Shown: positions 26,975 through 36,754 of the stretch, piece by piece
Layout: every line of letters starts with the position of its first letter
How positions within the stretch are numbered: the first letter of the stretch is position 1
Program-made: the position numbers and the translations under genes
Source of the DNA: an uncultured bacterium
GTDB taxonomy: Bacteria > Krumholzibacteriota > Krumholzibacteriia > LZORAL124-64-63
NCBI GenBank assembly: GCA_963732385.1
Contig: CAVSZB010000007.1
Location: 480,001 to 544,000, forward strand
Direction of reading: 5' to 3'
Length of the DNA stretch: 64,000 nt
Notes under the pieces: generated by a model
Seen by the model: only the letters and a program-made list of their open reading frames with translations
What the model was told of the DNA's origin: nothing
Database searches by the model: none

Positions 26975-26996
26975 AAAAAACCGTCAATCGTGACGG
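26975..26996 (-). terminator. Intrinsic terminator after tRNA-Ala
   Basis: CCGTCA-cgat-TGACGG-TTTTTT on minus strand. Confidence 0.75.
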
Positions 26997-27017
26997 ACCC
27001 GTGTGGATGATGGAAGG

Positions 27018-27093
27018 TGGTGGAGCCAAGGGGGATCGAACCCCTGACCTCTTGGATGCCATCCAAGCGCTCTCCCAGCTGAGCTATGGCCCC
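27018..27093 (-). tRNA. tRNA-Ala(GGC)
   Basis: GGGGCCATAGCTCAGCTGGGAGAGCG...GGC anticodon...GTTCGATCC...CCA, 76 nt. Confidence 0.97.
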
Positions 27094-27169
27094 ACCTGTA
27101 TTTCATGCGGCCCATAATATGAACCCGCTGGACCTGCCTGTCAAATGCCGCGCTCACGCCCGAGCCGAC

Positions 27170-27198
27170 TTGACGGGACCGCGGACGGTGGCTAAGAT
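27170..27198 (+). promoter_or_regulatory. sigma70 promoter of tRNA-Leu
   Basis: TTGACG-N17-TAAGAT; a divergent TTGACA for tRNA-Ala lies at 27139-27144. Confidence 0.7.
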
Positions 27199-27212
27199 GC
27201 TGCCCCGTCGGT

Positions 27213-27299
27213 GCCGGCGTGGTGAAATTGGCAGACGCGCTGGACTCAAAATCCAGTGTCCTTCGGGACGTGTCGGTTCAAGTCCGACCGCCGGCACCA
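27213..27299 (+). tRNA. tRNA-Leu(CAA)
   Basis: CTGGA-CTCAAAA-TCCAG anticodon arm, long variable arm, GTTCAAGTCC, CCA end, 87 nt. Confidence 0.97.
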
Positions 27300-27306
27300 G
27301 ATCCCC

Positions 27307-28941
27307 CTATTTTTCCTTCATGTGCGCCTGCCTGTAGTCGCGCGGTGGATCGAACGTCTCCTTGACCGTGCGGGGCGAGGTCCAACGCAACAGGTTCAGG
27401 TAGGATCCGGCCTTGTCGTTGGTGCCGGAAGCGCGGCTGCCGCCGAACGGCTGCTGCCCCACGACCGCCCCGGTCGGTTTGTCGTTGATATAGAAATTCC
27501 CGGCTGCCCCCACCAGTTCCCGCGAGGCGGTAAGGATCGCGGCGCGGTCGCGCGCGAAAACCGCGCCGGTCAACGCGTAGGCCGACGTCGCATCGCACAG
27601 CCGTAGCGTCGGTACGAAATCCTTTTCCGGATAGACATGGACGGTGAGCACGGGTCCGAAGATCTCCTCGCGCATAGTCAGAAAATGCGGATCACGCGCC
27701 TCGATCACGGTAGGCTCGATGAACCACCCCTTGCTGTCGTCGCAGCCACCGCCACACAGGATGCGCGCCTTGCCCCTCGCCTTGCGCGCCGTCTCCACAT
27801 AGCCCCGGATGGTCGTGAAGGCTCCCTGGTCGATCACCGCTCCCATGAAAGTGCGGAAATCGGCCACATCCCCGAGCCGGAGCGTCGCCACGTCGGCCAG
27901 GAGCCGGTCGCGCACTTCCGGCCAGAGGGAGTCGGGGATATAGGCGCGACTGGCGGCCGAGCACTTCTGGCCCTGATACTCGAACGCTCCGCTCAGCAGT
28001 GCCGTGGCGAGCGCCGCCGCATCGGCCGAGGCGTGCGCGAACACGAAATCCTTGCCCCCCGTCTCGCCGACGATGCGGGGATAGCCCTGATAGCCCTGAA
28101 TGTTGGCGCCGATCGTCCCCCACATCCGCTGGAAGACCGCGGTGCTGCCGGTAAAGTGGATGCCGGCCATATCCGGGCTCGCCAGCACGGGGTCGCCCAC
28201 CTCGCTGCCGGTGCCGGGCACCATGTTGATGACGCCGTCGGGCAGGCCGGCCTCGCGCAGGATCTCCATGATAAAATGTGCGCTGTAGACCGCACTCGAG
28301 GCCGGCTTCCAAACCACGGTATTGCCCATCAGGGCGGGCGCCGTGGGGAGATTGCCGGCGATCGAGGTAAAATTGAACGGCGTCACCGCGAAGACGAATC
28401 CGTCCAGCGGCCGCTGCTCGAGCAGGTTCCAGCACCCCGGCGCGGAGTCGGGCTGTTCCGCGAGGATCTGCCGCGCGAAATGGACATTGAAGCGGAAAAA
28501 GTCGATCAGTTCGCAGGCGGCATCGATCTCGGCCTGGTGAACAGTCTTGCTCTGGCCGAGCATGGTGGCCGCGTTCAGTGTGGCGCGCCAGCGCCCGGCG
28601 AGCAGGTCTGCCGCCTTGAGCAGGATCGCGGCGCGCGATTCCCAGGGCGTCGCAGCCCAGTCCCGGCGCGCCCGCAGCGCCGCCTTGATCGCGGCCTGCA
28701 CCTCTTTCGCCCCCGCCTTGTGGTAGCGGCCGAGCAGGTGGCGGTGGTCGTGCGGCATACGGCAGTCGCCAAGCCGGCCGGTCTGCACGGGGCGGCCGCC
28801 GATCCGGAGCGGGATCTCGACCTGCTCGCCGGCGAGCCGCCGCAGAGCGTCCTTCAATTCGCGTTTCTCGGGCGAGCCGGGCAGGTAATCTCCGATCGGC
28901 TCGTTGCGTGGGACTGGCGTTCTTACGATGGCACTGGACAT
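27307..28941 (-). CDS. pruA: L-glutamate gamma-semialdehyde (P5C) dehydrogenase
   Basis: QAEIDAACELIDF, PFNFTSI, GETGGKDF, FEYQGQKCSA, SGTNDKAG. Confidence 0.95.
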   Translation of the reverse strand: MSSAIVRTPVPRNEPIGDYLPGSPEKRELKDALRRLAGEQVEIPLRIGGRPVQTGRLGDCRMPHDHRHLLGRYHKAGAKEVQAAIKAALRARRDWAATPWESRAAILLKAADLLAGRWRATLNAATMLGQSKTVHQAEIDAACELIDFFRFNVHFARQILAEQPDSAPGCWNLLEQRPLDGFVFAVTPFNFTSIAGNLPTAPALMGNTVVWKPASSAVYSAHFIMEILREAGLPDGVINMVPGTGSEVGDPVLASPDMAGIHFTGSTAVFQRMWGTIGANIQGYQGYPRIVGETGGKDFVFAHASADAAALATALLSGAFEYQGQKCSAASRAYIPDSLWPEVRDRLLADVATLRLGDVADFRTFMGAVIDQGAFTTIRGYVETARKARGKARILCGGGCDDSKGWFIEPTVIEARDPHFLTMREEIFGPVLTVHVYPEKDFVPTLRLCDATSAYALTGAVFARDRAAILTASRELVGAAGNFYINDKPTGAVVGQQPFGGSRASGTNDKAGSYLNLLRWTSPRTVKETFDPPRDYRQAHMKEK

Positions 28942-29131
28942 AATTTCTCCTTCGATCTCCGGGCGCGGCCACCTCCGGCCGCTCTTGCCCGCCGCGTCCA
29001 GAAGATGTCGCCTCCGGCGCCGCTTGGCAAAGAACGTGTCGCCGCGACGCCGGTCGCCAGACGACGCGCGCAGTGCTAGAATGACGGCCTCCCGCGCGGG
29101 CGGGACGCCACACTATAGGAAGGAACGCGCC

Positions 29132-30166
29132 ATGCAGCACGGTTCGCGGGCGAACCTGACCACGGTCGAGAGCCACATCCTCGAAATGCAGCGGCTGCAC
29201 CCGAGCGCCAGCGGCGATTTTACGAGCCTGCTCAACGACATCACCTTCGCCGCCAAGATCATCGCGCGGGAGGTCAGCCGCGCCGGACTCGCCGATATCC
29301 TGGGTGCGACGGGCGCGGAAAACGTCCAGGGCGAACTGGTTCAGAAGCTGGACGACTTCGCCGACCGCACGCTGATGCGCTTCGTCGGCCGGCGTGGGCA
29401 GGTGTGCGTGCTGGCCTCCGAGGAAAACGCGGAGCCGTTGTACGTCGAACCGGCGGAGGGCAGCGGACGCTACATCGTGCTGTTCGATCCGCTCGACGGC
29501 TCCAGCAACATCGATGCGAACGTCAGTGTGGGTACTATCTTCTCGATCTACCGCCGCACCTCGTCGCGCGGGCAGGTCGCGGTGCATGACGTGCTGCAGC
29601 CTGGCCGCAGCATCGTGGCGGCCGGCTACGTTATCTACGGTTCCTCCACGATGTTCGTCTACTCGACCGGCCACGGGGTGCACGGTTTCACGCTCGATCC
29701 AGGCATCGGCGAATTCCTGCTCAGCCACGAGAACATTCGGACTCCGTTCCGGGCCGGCTTCTATTCGACCAACGAGGGCCATGAACCCGATTGGTCAGCC
29801 GCGGTGCGGGAGGTGGTCCGACAGTTCAAGCATGGGCGGATCGCCGAGCCGGACACCCGGATGTCCGCTCGCTACATCGGCTCGCTGGTCGCCGATTTCC
29901 ATCGCAACCTGCTTTACGGCGGGGTTTTCCTCTACCCAGGGACATCCCGACATCCGGAGGGCAAACTGCGCCTGATGTACGAAGCCGCCCCCCTCGCCTT
30001 CATCGTGGAGCAGGCCGGAGGCTACGCCAGCAACGGCAGCGGGCCGATCCTGGAGCTGGCGCCCCGCGACCTTCACCAGCGCTGCCCGCTCTTCATCGGC
30101 AGCCGCGATACGGTATTGTGGATAGAGAAACAGCTGGAAAGTGGAGACGGCCCGCCGGAATCGTGA
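29132..30166 (+). CDS. fbp: Class I fructose-1,6-bisphosphatase
   Basis: FDPLDGSSNID, RYIGSLVADFHR, GKLRLMYEAAP. Confidence 0.96.
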   Translation: MQHGSRANLTTVESHILEMQRLHPSASGDFTSLLNDITFAAKIIAREVSRAGLADILGATGAENVQGELVQKLDDFADRTLMRFVGRRGQVCVLASEENAEPLYVEPAEGSGRYIVLFDPLDGSSNIDANVSVGTIFSIYRRTSSRGQVAVHDVLQPGRSIVAAGYVIYGSSTMFVYSTGHGVHGFTLDPGIGEFLLSHENIRTPFRAGFYSTNEGHEPDWSAAVREVVRQFKHGRIAEPDTRMSARYIGSLVADFHRNLLYGGVFLYPGTSRHPEGKLRLMYEAAPLAFIVEQAGGYASNGSGPILELAPRDLHQRCPLFIGSRDTVLWIEKQLESGDGPPES

Positions 30167-30182
30167 GCGGGCCCCGCGTTGC

Positions 30183-30509
30183 TCAGCGGCCGCTGCTGTT
30201 ATGCTGAAGCCCCTTCTTCTCCACCACGAGTGCCAGCGCCATGTTCCGGCAGCGGGGACGATGCGGCTGACCGGCTGGCACGAGGATCGCCTCGCCCTGA
30301 CGGACCTCGATCTTCTCGTCACCGATCTCCATCAGGATCAGCCCCTCGAGGATGTAGATGAATTCGTCGGCCGTGTGCTGGTGGCTGATGTAGTCTCCGC
30401 TGTAGCGCACGATGAAGGCGTGATAATCGCCGTCGAGGTCGGCCACCTCGATCGGCCGGAAAACCTGCTCCATACCGCGGGCGAGTTTCAGGACGCGGTG
30501 CTTCGGCAA
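30183..30509 (-). CDS. Cupin-domain protein
   Basis: HQHTADEFIYILEG...VPAGQPHRP; TTG start after AAAGGAG. Confidence 0.85.
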   Translation of the reverse strand: MPKHRVLKLARGMEQVFRPIEVADLDGDYHAFIVRYSGDYISHQHTADEFIYILEGLILMEIGDEKIEVRQGEAILVPAGQPHRPRCRNMALALVVEKKGLQHNSSGR

Positions 30510-30549
30510 GACGACTCCTTTCGCGGCGCGGGGCCGCTCACGACCGTTC

Positions 30550-31308
30550 TCAAGGCTGGCCGGCCAGACGCTCGCGGGCGAGCGCTGCCTCTTCGGCATC
30601 GGGATGGCGATCGATCAGACGCGTCAGGGTCTCTCGGGCCTGCGTATCCTGGCCGAGCGCGAACTGGCAGTAGCCGATTTTCAACTCCGCCGCCGGCGCG
30701 AGTTCGGTCGCGGGGAAGGTCGCCAGGAGCGACTGGAAGGCCGCCAGCGCTGCCGCGTGCCGACCGTCGGCATAGTCCAGCTCCGCCAGCCAGTAGCGAG
30801 CGTCATCAGCCAGCTCGGACTGGCCGTGCCGCTCCAGGAAATCGCGAAAACCCTGCCGCGCCAGCTCTGTTTCGCCGCGGCTGCGGTCCCGCAGCGCCGC
30901 CTGGAACGTTGCGCGCGCTTCCTCCGGCAATTCGCCCGCGGACGCCCGTCCGGGCGGTGCACCCAGGGACGAGACGCCGGCGCGGGTCGTCAGCAGGTCG
31001 ACCCGCGCCGAGAGATTGCGAGTGAAGGAGGCGTTGTCGTCCAGCTTCTGGATCAACTGGTCGATCTTCTGTGAGAGATGACCCAGCCTGGCGCTGCCAC
31101 GCGCGTCTGCGGTCACGCCGGCATCCTGGTCGAAGCGCAGCAGGGTGTCGATCGCTTCGACCTGCTGCCGCAGCAGTGCCTGCTCCCGCTGCAACCGCTC
31201 GATCTCCTGGCCATTGCGCAGGACAGCCTCTTCAATACGGTCGAACTGGGGCGCGCAACCGCACAGCGCCAACAGGCCGGCCCCCACGAATATCAGCGTG
31301 GCGCGCAT
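30550..31308 (-). CDS. cpoB: CpoB/YbgF-like coiled-coil plus TPR lipoprotein
   Basis: Lipobox-like LCGC, coiled coil, TPRs (LADDARYWLAE); follows pal. Confidence 0.8.
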   Translation of the reverse strand: MRATLIFVGAGLLALCGCAPQFDRIEEAVLRNGQEIERLQREQALLRQQVEAIDTLLRFDQDAGVTADARGSARLGHLSQKIDQLIQKLDDNASFTRNLSARVDLLTTRAGVSSLGAPPGRASAGELPEEARATFQAALRDRSRGETELARQGFRDFLERHGQSELADDARYWLAELDYADGRHAAALAAFQSLLATFPATELAPAAELKIGYCQFALGQDTQARETLTRLIDRHPDAEEAALARERLAGQP

Positions 31309-31340
31309 TCCGCCGCCTCCTCGAACGAACTGCCCAGCCG

Positions 31341-31880
31341 TTACGGCCGGGCGAAGTGGGCCCTCCGGTTCTGCGCCCAGGCCGATTCGTCACTCCCATC
31401 GGCGAACGGCCGCTCCTCGCCATAGGAGACCAGGCGCAGGCGTGCCGCGGAGACTCCGAGCGAAACCAGATAGTCCTGCACGACACGGGCGCGTTTCTCT
31501 CCGAGGGCGAGGTTATACTCGACGGTGCCGCGCTCGTCGCAGTGTCCCTCGACCAGATAGTTGACCGCGGCGTGCTCCTTCATGATCCGCGCGTTGTTCT
31601 CGAGCTTGGCCATGGCCTCTTCGCTGAGCGTGAAGGCGTCGTAGGGGAAGAAAACGTCCGCGATCCCGTACCCGCTCGGATCGAGGTTGGCATAGTCCAC
31701 GGTCGGGGTCGGCGCAGGTGCTGCGGGAGCCGGCGGGGCGGTCTCCGGAATGACCTGAACGGGCGCGGGCGCCGTGGTTTCTGTCACAACTTTGGGCTTC
31801 CTGCCGCAGCCGGCGACGAGAGTCAACAGCAGGGCGGCCAGAAGCATACCACTGATCGCAACCTTACGTGCTCCACGCAT
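31341..31880 (-). CDS. pal: Peptidoglycan-associated lipoprotein Pal
   Basis: VAGC lipobox; EGHCDERGTVEYNLALGEKRA...SYGEERP...NRRA. Confidence 0.96.
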   Translation of the reverse strand: MRGARKVAISGMLLAALLLTLVAGCGRKPKVVTETTAPAPVQVIPETAPPAPAAPAPTPTVDYANLDPSGYGIADVFFPYDAFTLSEEAMAKLENNARIMKEHAAVNYLVEGHCDERGTVEYNLALGEKRARVVQDYLVSLGVSAARLRLVSYGEERPFADGSDESAWAQNRRAHFARP

Positions 31881-31949
31881 GGGAACTCCTTTCGCGAGAC
31901 CCCGTAATGATTTCCTCCGGCGCGGCCCCAATGGCCGCCAGAGCGGAAC

Positions 31950-33248
31950 TCAGCGTGACCAGGCCGGCGTGATGTCCGGCTCGCTGCCGGACGTGAGTTG
32001 ACGCCAGATCCCGTCTACGACATCCAGCACATACAGCTTGCTCACTCCCGAACGGTCGGACGCGAACACGATATGGCGCCCGTCGGGGGCCCAACTCGGG
32101 TCTTCGGCATGACGCCAGCTTGCATCGGTCAGCAACCGCCGGTTCTCGCCCGAGGCCGCCAGGAGCACCAGGAACGTGTGCGCTCCCGTCCGGGTCACAT
32201 AGACAATCTGTTCCCCGTTCGGCGACCACATCCCGGAGTCGTTGTAGTCCCCCTCGAAAGTCAGGCGGTTGCGCCCTGCCCCGTCACCATCCATGACATA
32301 TAGCTGAGGTGAGCCGGTCCTGTCACTCGTAAAAACGATGTCGCGACCGTTGGGGGACCAGTCCGGGCTGATCTCGATGGCCGGAGAAACGGTCAGCCGG
32401 CGCACGATATGACCCGTCAGATCGATGCGATAGATCTCGGGATTACCGTCCTTGGACAGCGAGAGCAGGAGCTCCTCGCCCCCGGGACGCCAGACCGGGC
32501 CGAGATTGAGGCCGGCCGTGGCGATCACCTGCCGGACCCTGCCGGTGGCGGTGTCCAGGAGATAGACCCCCTGCTGTCCGTTGCTGTAGGAAGTGAAGGC
32601 GATCCGGCCGCCGTCCGGCGACCAGCTCGGGCAGAGATTGAGCGTGCGATTGGAGGTCAGGCGCGTCAGGTTCTCGCCATCGTAGTCGACCACCCAGAGA
32701 TCGCGCCGGTCGGCCCGTCCCCGGGAGAAGACGATCCGGGACAGGCCGATTCCCGGTTCCCCGGTCAGCAACTGCACGACCTGATCCACGAAATGGTGCG
32801 CGGTCGCGCGCAACTGGTCGCGGGTCGGGGCATAGCGTTTGCCCAGCACCAGTTCGCGCCCCGGCAGGGTCTGCAGGCGAAGCGTCAGGGCCGGCGCCGC
32901 ACCGCCGCCACGGACCGGCGGATCGCCCTCCAGTTCGCCCGTGATCACGAAACTCGGCGGGAAGGAATCCGGTGCGGCACCGGCCAGCTGTCCGCTCACC
33001 CGGAAGTAGCCACTGTTTTGCAGGTCGGCCACGATGATCCGACCCACGAGAGAGGCCCCCTCCCCCGCGACCGCGCCGCCGGCCGCCTCGATCGACTCGA
33101 CCCGGATATCCAGCTTCCGCCCGGCCGACTGCTCGGCTCGCAGCACCACATCGGGGCGGGGCGCCCCCTGGGCCGTGGTGGCGAGCAGCAGGACCAGGAG
33201 TCCCGCCGCCCGGGCCGGGCATTGCTTCAGAAGGATCTTTCGTGGCAT
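31950..33248 (-). CDS. tolB: TolB
   Basis: PD40 repeats (PSWSPDG, PDWSPNG); tol-pal context. Confidence 0.93.
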   Translation of the reverse strand: MPRKILLKQCPARAAGLLVLLLATTAQGAPRPDVVLRAEQSAGRKLDIRVESIEAAGGAVAGEGASLVGRIIVADLQNSGYFRVSGQLAGAAPDSFPPSFVITGELEGDPPVRGGGAAPALTLRLQTLPGRELVLGKRYAPTRDQLRATAHHFVDQVVQLLTGEPGIGLSRIVFSRGRADRRDLWVVDYDGENLTRLTSNRTLNLCPSWSPDGGRIAFTSYSNGQQGVYLLDTATGRVRQVIATAGLNLGPVWRPGGEELLLSLSKDGNPEIYRIDLTGHIVRRLTVSPAIEISPDWSPNGRDIVFTSDRTGSPQLYVMDGDGAGRNRLTFEGDYNDSGMWSPNGEQIVYVTRTGAHTFLVLLAASGENRRLLTDASWRHAEDPSWAPDGRHIVFASDRSGVSKLYVLDVVDGIWRQLTSGSEPDITPAWSR

Positions 33249-33955
33249 TACGGTTCCGCCCGGAGGGTGAAGATGAAACTGACGCCGAGGCTGCGCGCTC
33301 CGAAACCGCGCGGCAGCGGGGGCAGCGGGTTGGCGGCGGTCACCGCGCGCAAAGCCTCGCGATCGTAGAGCGCAACTCCGGAAGTCTCCCCCACGGTCGC
33401 CTCCGCGATGGCGCCATTCTCCTGGATAACGAAGTGCACGACGCAGCCACGCGCGGCCTGCCCGCCGAATCCCATCTGGGTCGGGTTCCAGTTGCGGCTG
33501 ATGTGGCCCTCCACGAGGGTCAGGTACCAGGCGAACGGGAACGGCTGGTCGGTGCCGCCCGTGGTGGCGCCGGTGCCGAGGCCCCCGGTTCCCGCCGTAC
33601 CGCCGGGCGCGGGCGCAGGCGCCTTATCCAGCGGTCGATCCGGCGCCAGCCCCTTCGCCACCGGGCGCGCCATATTCTTCGCGGCTTTCTGCGCCGGCTT
33701 CTTTTCCGCCGCCGGCAGGCGCCGGGTTCCGGGCTGCGGCTTCGGCGGCGCCGCCGGCTCGTTCCGAGTGGGCGCCACGAGCGGAGACGACGCGCGCGAC
33801 GGCGTGCCGCGCGAACCGGGCGGCACACCGCCGATCCTCACCCTGATGGCGGATCGCGGTTCGGGACGAGGCGGCGTCACCGACCCGCCGAACGTCGCCA
33901 GCGCCGCCAACAGTGCGACGTGTCCGGCCAGGGACCACGGCAGGGAACGCAGCAC
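33248..33955 (-). CDS. tolA: TolA/TonB-family energy transducer
   Basis: SLAGH TM motif, Pro/Lys linker, C-terminal SGVALYDREALRAV..PLPPLP. Confidence 0.8.
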   Translation of the reverse strand: MLRSLPWSLAGHVALLAALATFGGSVTPPRPEPRSAIRVRIGGVPPGSRGTPSRASSPLVAPTRNEPAAPPKPQPGTRRLPAAEKKPAQKAAKNMARPVAKGLAPDRPLDKAPAPAPGGTAGTGGLGTGATTGGTDQPFPFAWYLTLVEGHISRNWNPTQMGFGGQAARGCVVHFVIQENGAIAEATVGETSGVALYDREALRAVTAANPLPPLPRGFGARSLGVSFIFTLRAEP

Positions 33956-33959
33956 GTCG

Positions 33960-34358
33960 TCAATCCTCCTGCCGCGCCATCAGGCTCAGGTTGGTGAACC
34001 CCTGCTTCTCGATCGCCGCCATCACCTTCAGCACGAAACCGTAGGGCAGTTCCTCGTCCGCCCGCAGGTAGATCGGCACCTGGTCCTTGCGCGGCAGCAG
34101 CGGGGCAAGCCGCGCGCCCAGTTCAGGCAGCGTGACCGCCTGGTCATCGACGAAGATCTGGCGGTTCGCCGTCAGGGCGATCACCGGTCCCTCCTCGATG
34201 ATGACTTCGCGCGTCGCCGCTTCGGGCAGTTTGACTTCCACGCCTCCCTGGATGTACGGCGCGGTGAGCATGAAGATGATGAGCAGGCACATCATCACGT
34301 CCACCAACGACGTGATGTTGATCTCCGAGAGGCTGCGATAACCGCGCCGCCTGCTCAC
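33960..34358 (-). CDS. tolR: TolR/ExbD
   Basis: EINITSLVDVMMCLLIIFMLTAP; LRADEELPYG. Confidence 0.9.
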   Translation of the reverse strand: MSRRRGYRSLSEINITSLVDVMMCLLIIFMLTAPYIQGGVEVKLPEAATREVIIEEGPVIALTANRQIFVDDQAVTLPELGARLAPLLPRKDQVPIYLRADEELPYGFVLKVMAAIEKQGFTNLSLMARQED

Positions 34359-35077
34359 CGGATCCGCTCCTTCTCGTGTGCGTCGGGACGACGGGGCTCC
34401 GCCGTCACCGCGATCGCCGGCGTCAGACCGGCCACGCGCTCCTCGCACAGGGTGCGCAGGCGCTCCATTTCGTTGGTGACCAGATCAATCTTGCGCACGA
34501 ACAGGTTGTAGAAGACCACAGCCGGGATGGCGGTGGAGAGGCCGGCCACGGTCGTGACAAGGGCCTCCGCGATCCCCGGCGCCACGACCAGAAGATTCGC
34601 GCTGCGCATCGACGCCATCTCCCAGAAGGCGGTCATGATGCCCCAGACGGTACCGATCAGTCCGAGAAAGGGCGCGATCGTCACCGCGGTGGAGAGCAGC
34701 ATCAGGTAACGTTCGAGCGTCTCGACCTGTGCGTAGAGCGCCCGCTCGGCGGCGCGCCGGACCGCCGGTATGGAGCCGGCCCCCTCGATCTCGAGCGCCA
34801 TCGCGGTCAGCGGCAAGCCCGGGTGGGCCTGGCACCAGCGCCGGAACTCCTCCCTGCCGAGCCGTCCCTCCAACCAGGCCTCGCAGACCGGCCAGAAGAG
34901 GGCATGCCCGCGGCGGATGCGCAGCAGCAGACGCGCCTTCTCGATCATGACCGCCCACGACAGCAGCGACAAAAGGAGCAGGGTGAGCATCACCAGTTTG
35001 CCGAAGAATGTGGACTTGCCAATGAGATGCAAGGCATCGCCGGCCGAGAAGACAGCCAGGAATCCGGGGGGGGTCAT
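34355..35077 (-). CDS. tolQ: TolQ/ExbB
   Basis: APFLGLIGTVWGIM...APGIAEALVTT. Confidence 0.92.
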   Translation of the reverse strand: MTPPGFLAVFSAGDALHLIGKSTFFGKLVMLTLLLLSLLSWAVMIEKARLLLRIRRGHALFWPVCEAWLEGRLGREEFRRWCQAHPGLPLTAMALEIEGAGSIPAVRRAAERALYAQVETLERYLMLLSTAVTIAPFLGLIGTVWGIMTAFWEMASMRSANLLVVAPGIAEALVTTVAGLSTAIPAVVFYNLFVRKIDLVTNEMERLRTLCEERVAGLTPAIAVTAEPRRPDAHEKERIR

Positions 35078-35161
35078 GCAGGATCCTTCCTGCCGGCGCC
35101 CGGGCAGCCCGCGCCGGTCATCGCCGCTCCGTCAGTCATCCGCGAGCCGCCACCGGCGTGC

Positions 35162-35539
35162 TCAGGCGCCGCCGCGGAAATAGTCGTCCTCGAAGACCCG
35201 CTGAAAATCGAAGCGACTCTCGAAATCGGCCAGGCTGTCTTCGGGCGTCTTGCGCAGAAGGTCTGCTTCGACAAGATCGAAGACGATGTGCCCGAAATCG
35301 ATCGTGGCGGTAACTCCCCACGCATTGAGAACATCCTTCGCCATGGGGCCGAACCGCTCGTGAGCCAGCTCGCGGATCCCCTCCAGCAGTTCGGCGCCCG
35401 AGATGTGCCGGCGCTCGCCGGACAGAGCAAGCGTGCGCCCGAGCGCCTCCCACACGAAATGGTACGCTTCCGCCCGAAAGCGTCCGCCGGCGGCGGCCGC
35501 CGCCTCGATCCTGCCGCTCAGTTCGACCTCTTCCGACAT
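35162..35539 (-). CDS. Conserved small protein, Minf_1886-like
   Basis: AYHFVWEAL...RHISGAELLEG...FGPMA..VL..WG...DFG.IVF.LV pattern recalled from PVC-type family. Confidence 0.75.
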   Translation of the reverse strand: MSEEVELSGRIEAAAAAGGRFRAEAYHFVWEALGRTLALSGERRHISGAELLEGIRELAHERFGPMAKDVLNAWGVTATIDFGHIVFDLVEADLLRKTPEDSLADFESRFDFQRVFEDDYFRGGA

Positions 35540-35575
35540 GCTGCGATCCTCCGCGGTGAGCATTCCCTCCCTACC

Positions 35576-35603
35576 ATTGTAGGAGAGGGACGCGCTGTGT
35601 CAA
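35576..35603 (-). promoter_or_regulatory. sigma70 promoter upstream of Minf_1886-like/tol-pal genes
   Basis: TTGACA-N16-TACAAT. Confidence 0.6.
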
Positions 35604-36754
35604 CGTCGCGTCGTGATTGGAGGCGCCGCACCGAGGACCCGATCGTAGAGGGCCAGATAGCGTTTCAGCACGCAGCGCTCGCCAAACCGCTCCACCGCGT
35701 CCCTCCGGGCCTCCTCCGCCACCTGCTGGTGGAGCCCCGGATCGCCGAGCAGGCGGAGCGCGATGGCGGCCATGCCATCGAAATCGTCGGGATCGCGCAG
35801 GTAGCTGTTGTGTCCGTCGTCGATGAACTCGCCGGTGCCTCCGCGGTTCGTGGCGATGACCGGCGTGCCGCACGACATCGCTTCCAGGGCGGCCAGACCG
35901 AACGATTCGTGTCGCGACGGCAGCAGCATCACGTCGCCAGCCGCCAGGATCGGCGCGACATGTTCGACCTGGCCGAGACACTGTACGCGATCGGCTACCC
36001 CGAGCCGCGCGGCCAGTTCGCGCGCCACCGGAAGTTCGGGACCGTCACCGATCAGGAGCAGTCGCGACGGCAGGCGCGCCGTGACGCGCGCGAAGACTTC
36101 GACCACTGCCGCCACGTTCTTGACCGGCCGGAAATTGGAAGCGTGGATCAGCAGCTTCTCGGCCGGAACGGCGAAACTTCCACGCAGCCGCTCGTCTTGC
36201 CGGGGCCGGAACAGGCGGGTATCGACGAAATTCGGGATGACCTCGATCGGGCAGTCGACACCGAACACACGCACGGTTTCGTCGCGCAGAAAGGCGCTCA
36301 CCGCCGTGACGGCATCGCTGCGCTGGATCACGAACCGGGTGATCGGCAGGAACGACGGCTCCTGTCCGACCAGCGTCACGTCGGTCCCGTGCAGAGTGGT
36401 GATAATCTTCACCCGTCCGCCGAGCAACTCCCGCGCGAGGAAGGCGCTGGCCGCGTGAGGAATGGCATAGTGCACGTGCAGGATGTCGAGTCCGTGGCGC
36501 GTGGCGACCTCACTCATCATCGTCGCCAGGGCGAGAGTGTAGGGATCGCCCTGGAAAACCGGGTAGGAGAAGGGATCGACCTCATGGAAGAAGATATTGC
36601 GGTCATAGCGGCGCAGTCGCCACGGCAGAGCGCGGGTGATGAAATGCACCTCGTACCCGCTGCGGGCCAGGTTGACGCCCAGTTCGCTGGCGATGACGCC
36701 GCTGCCGCCGGCCGACGGGAAGCAGGTGATGCCGATCACCGGCAGGCGGGTCAC
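35600..36754 (-). CDS. bshA: GlcNAc-malate synthase BshA
   Basis: IGITCFPSAGGSG, ILHVHYAIPHA, TTLHGTD.T.VG, HASNFRPVK, ESFGLAALEAM. Confidence 0.95.
   Translation of the reverse strand: MTRLPVIGITCFPSAGGSGVIASELGVNLARSGYEVHFITRALPWRLRRYDRNIFFHEVDPFSYPVFQGDPYTLALATMMSEVATRHGLDILHVHYAIPHAASAFLARELLGGRVKIITTLHGTDVTLVGQEPSFLPITRFVIQRSDAVTAVSAFLRDETVRVFGVDCPIEVIPNFVDTRLFRPRQDERLRGSFAVPAEKLLIHASNFRPVKNVAAVVEVFARVTARLPSRLLLIGDGPELPVARELAARLGVADRVQCLGQVEHVAPILAAGDVMLLPSRHESFGLAALEAMSCGTPVIATNRGGTGEFIDDGHNSYLRDPDDFDGMAAIALRLLGDPGLHQQVAEEARRDAVERFGERCVLKRYLALYDRVLGAAPPITTRR

Noticed and set aside
27018..27299. tRNAs as island integration sites
   Set aside because: No integrase and no duplicated tRNA 3' end seen in the window
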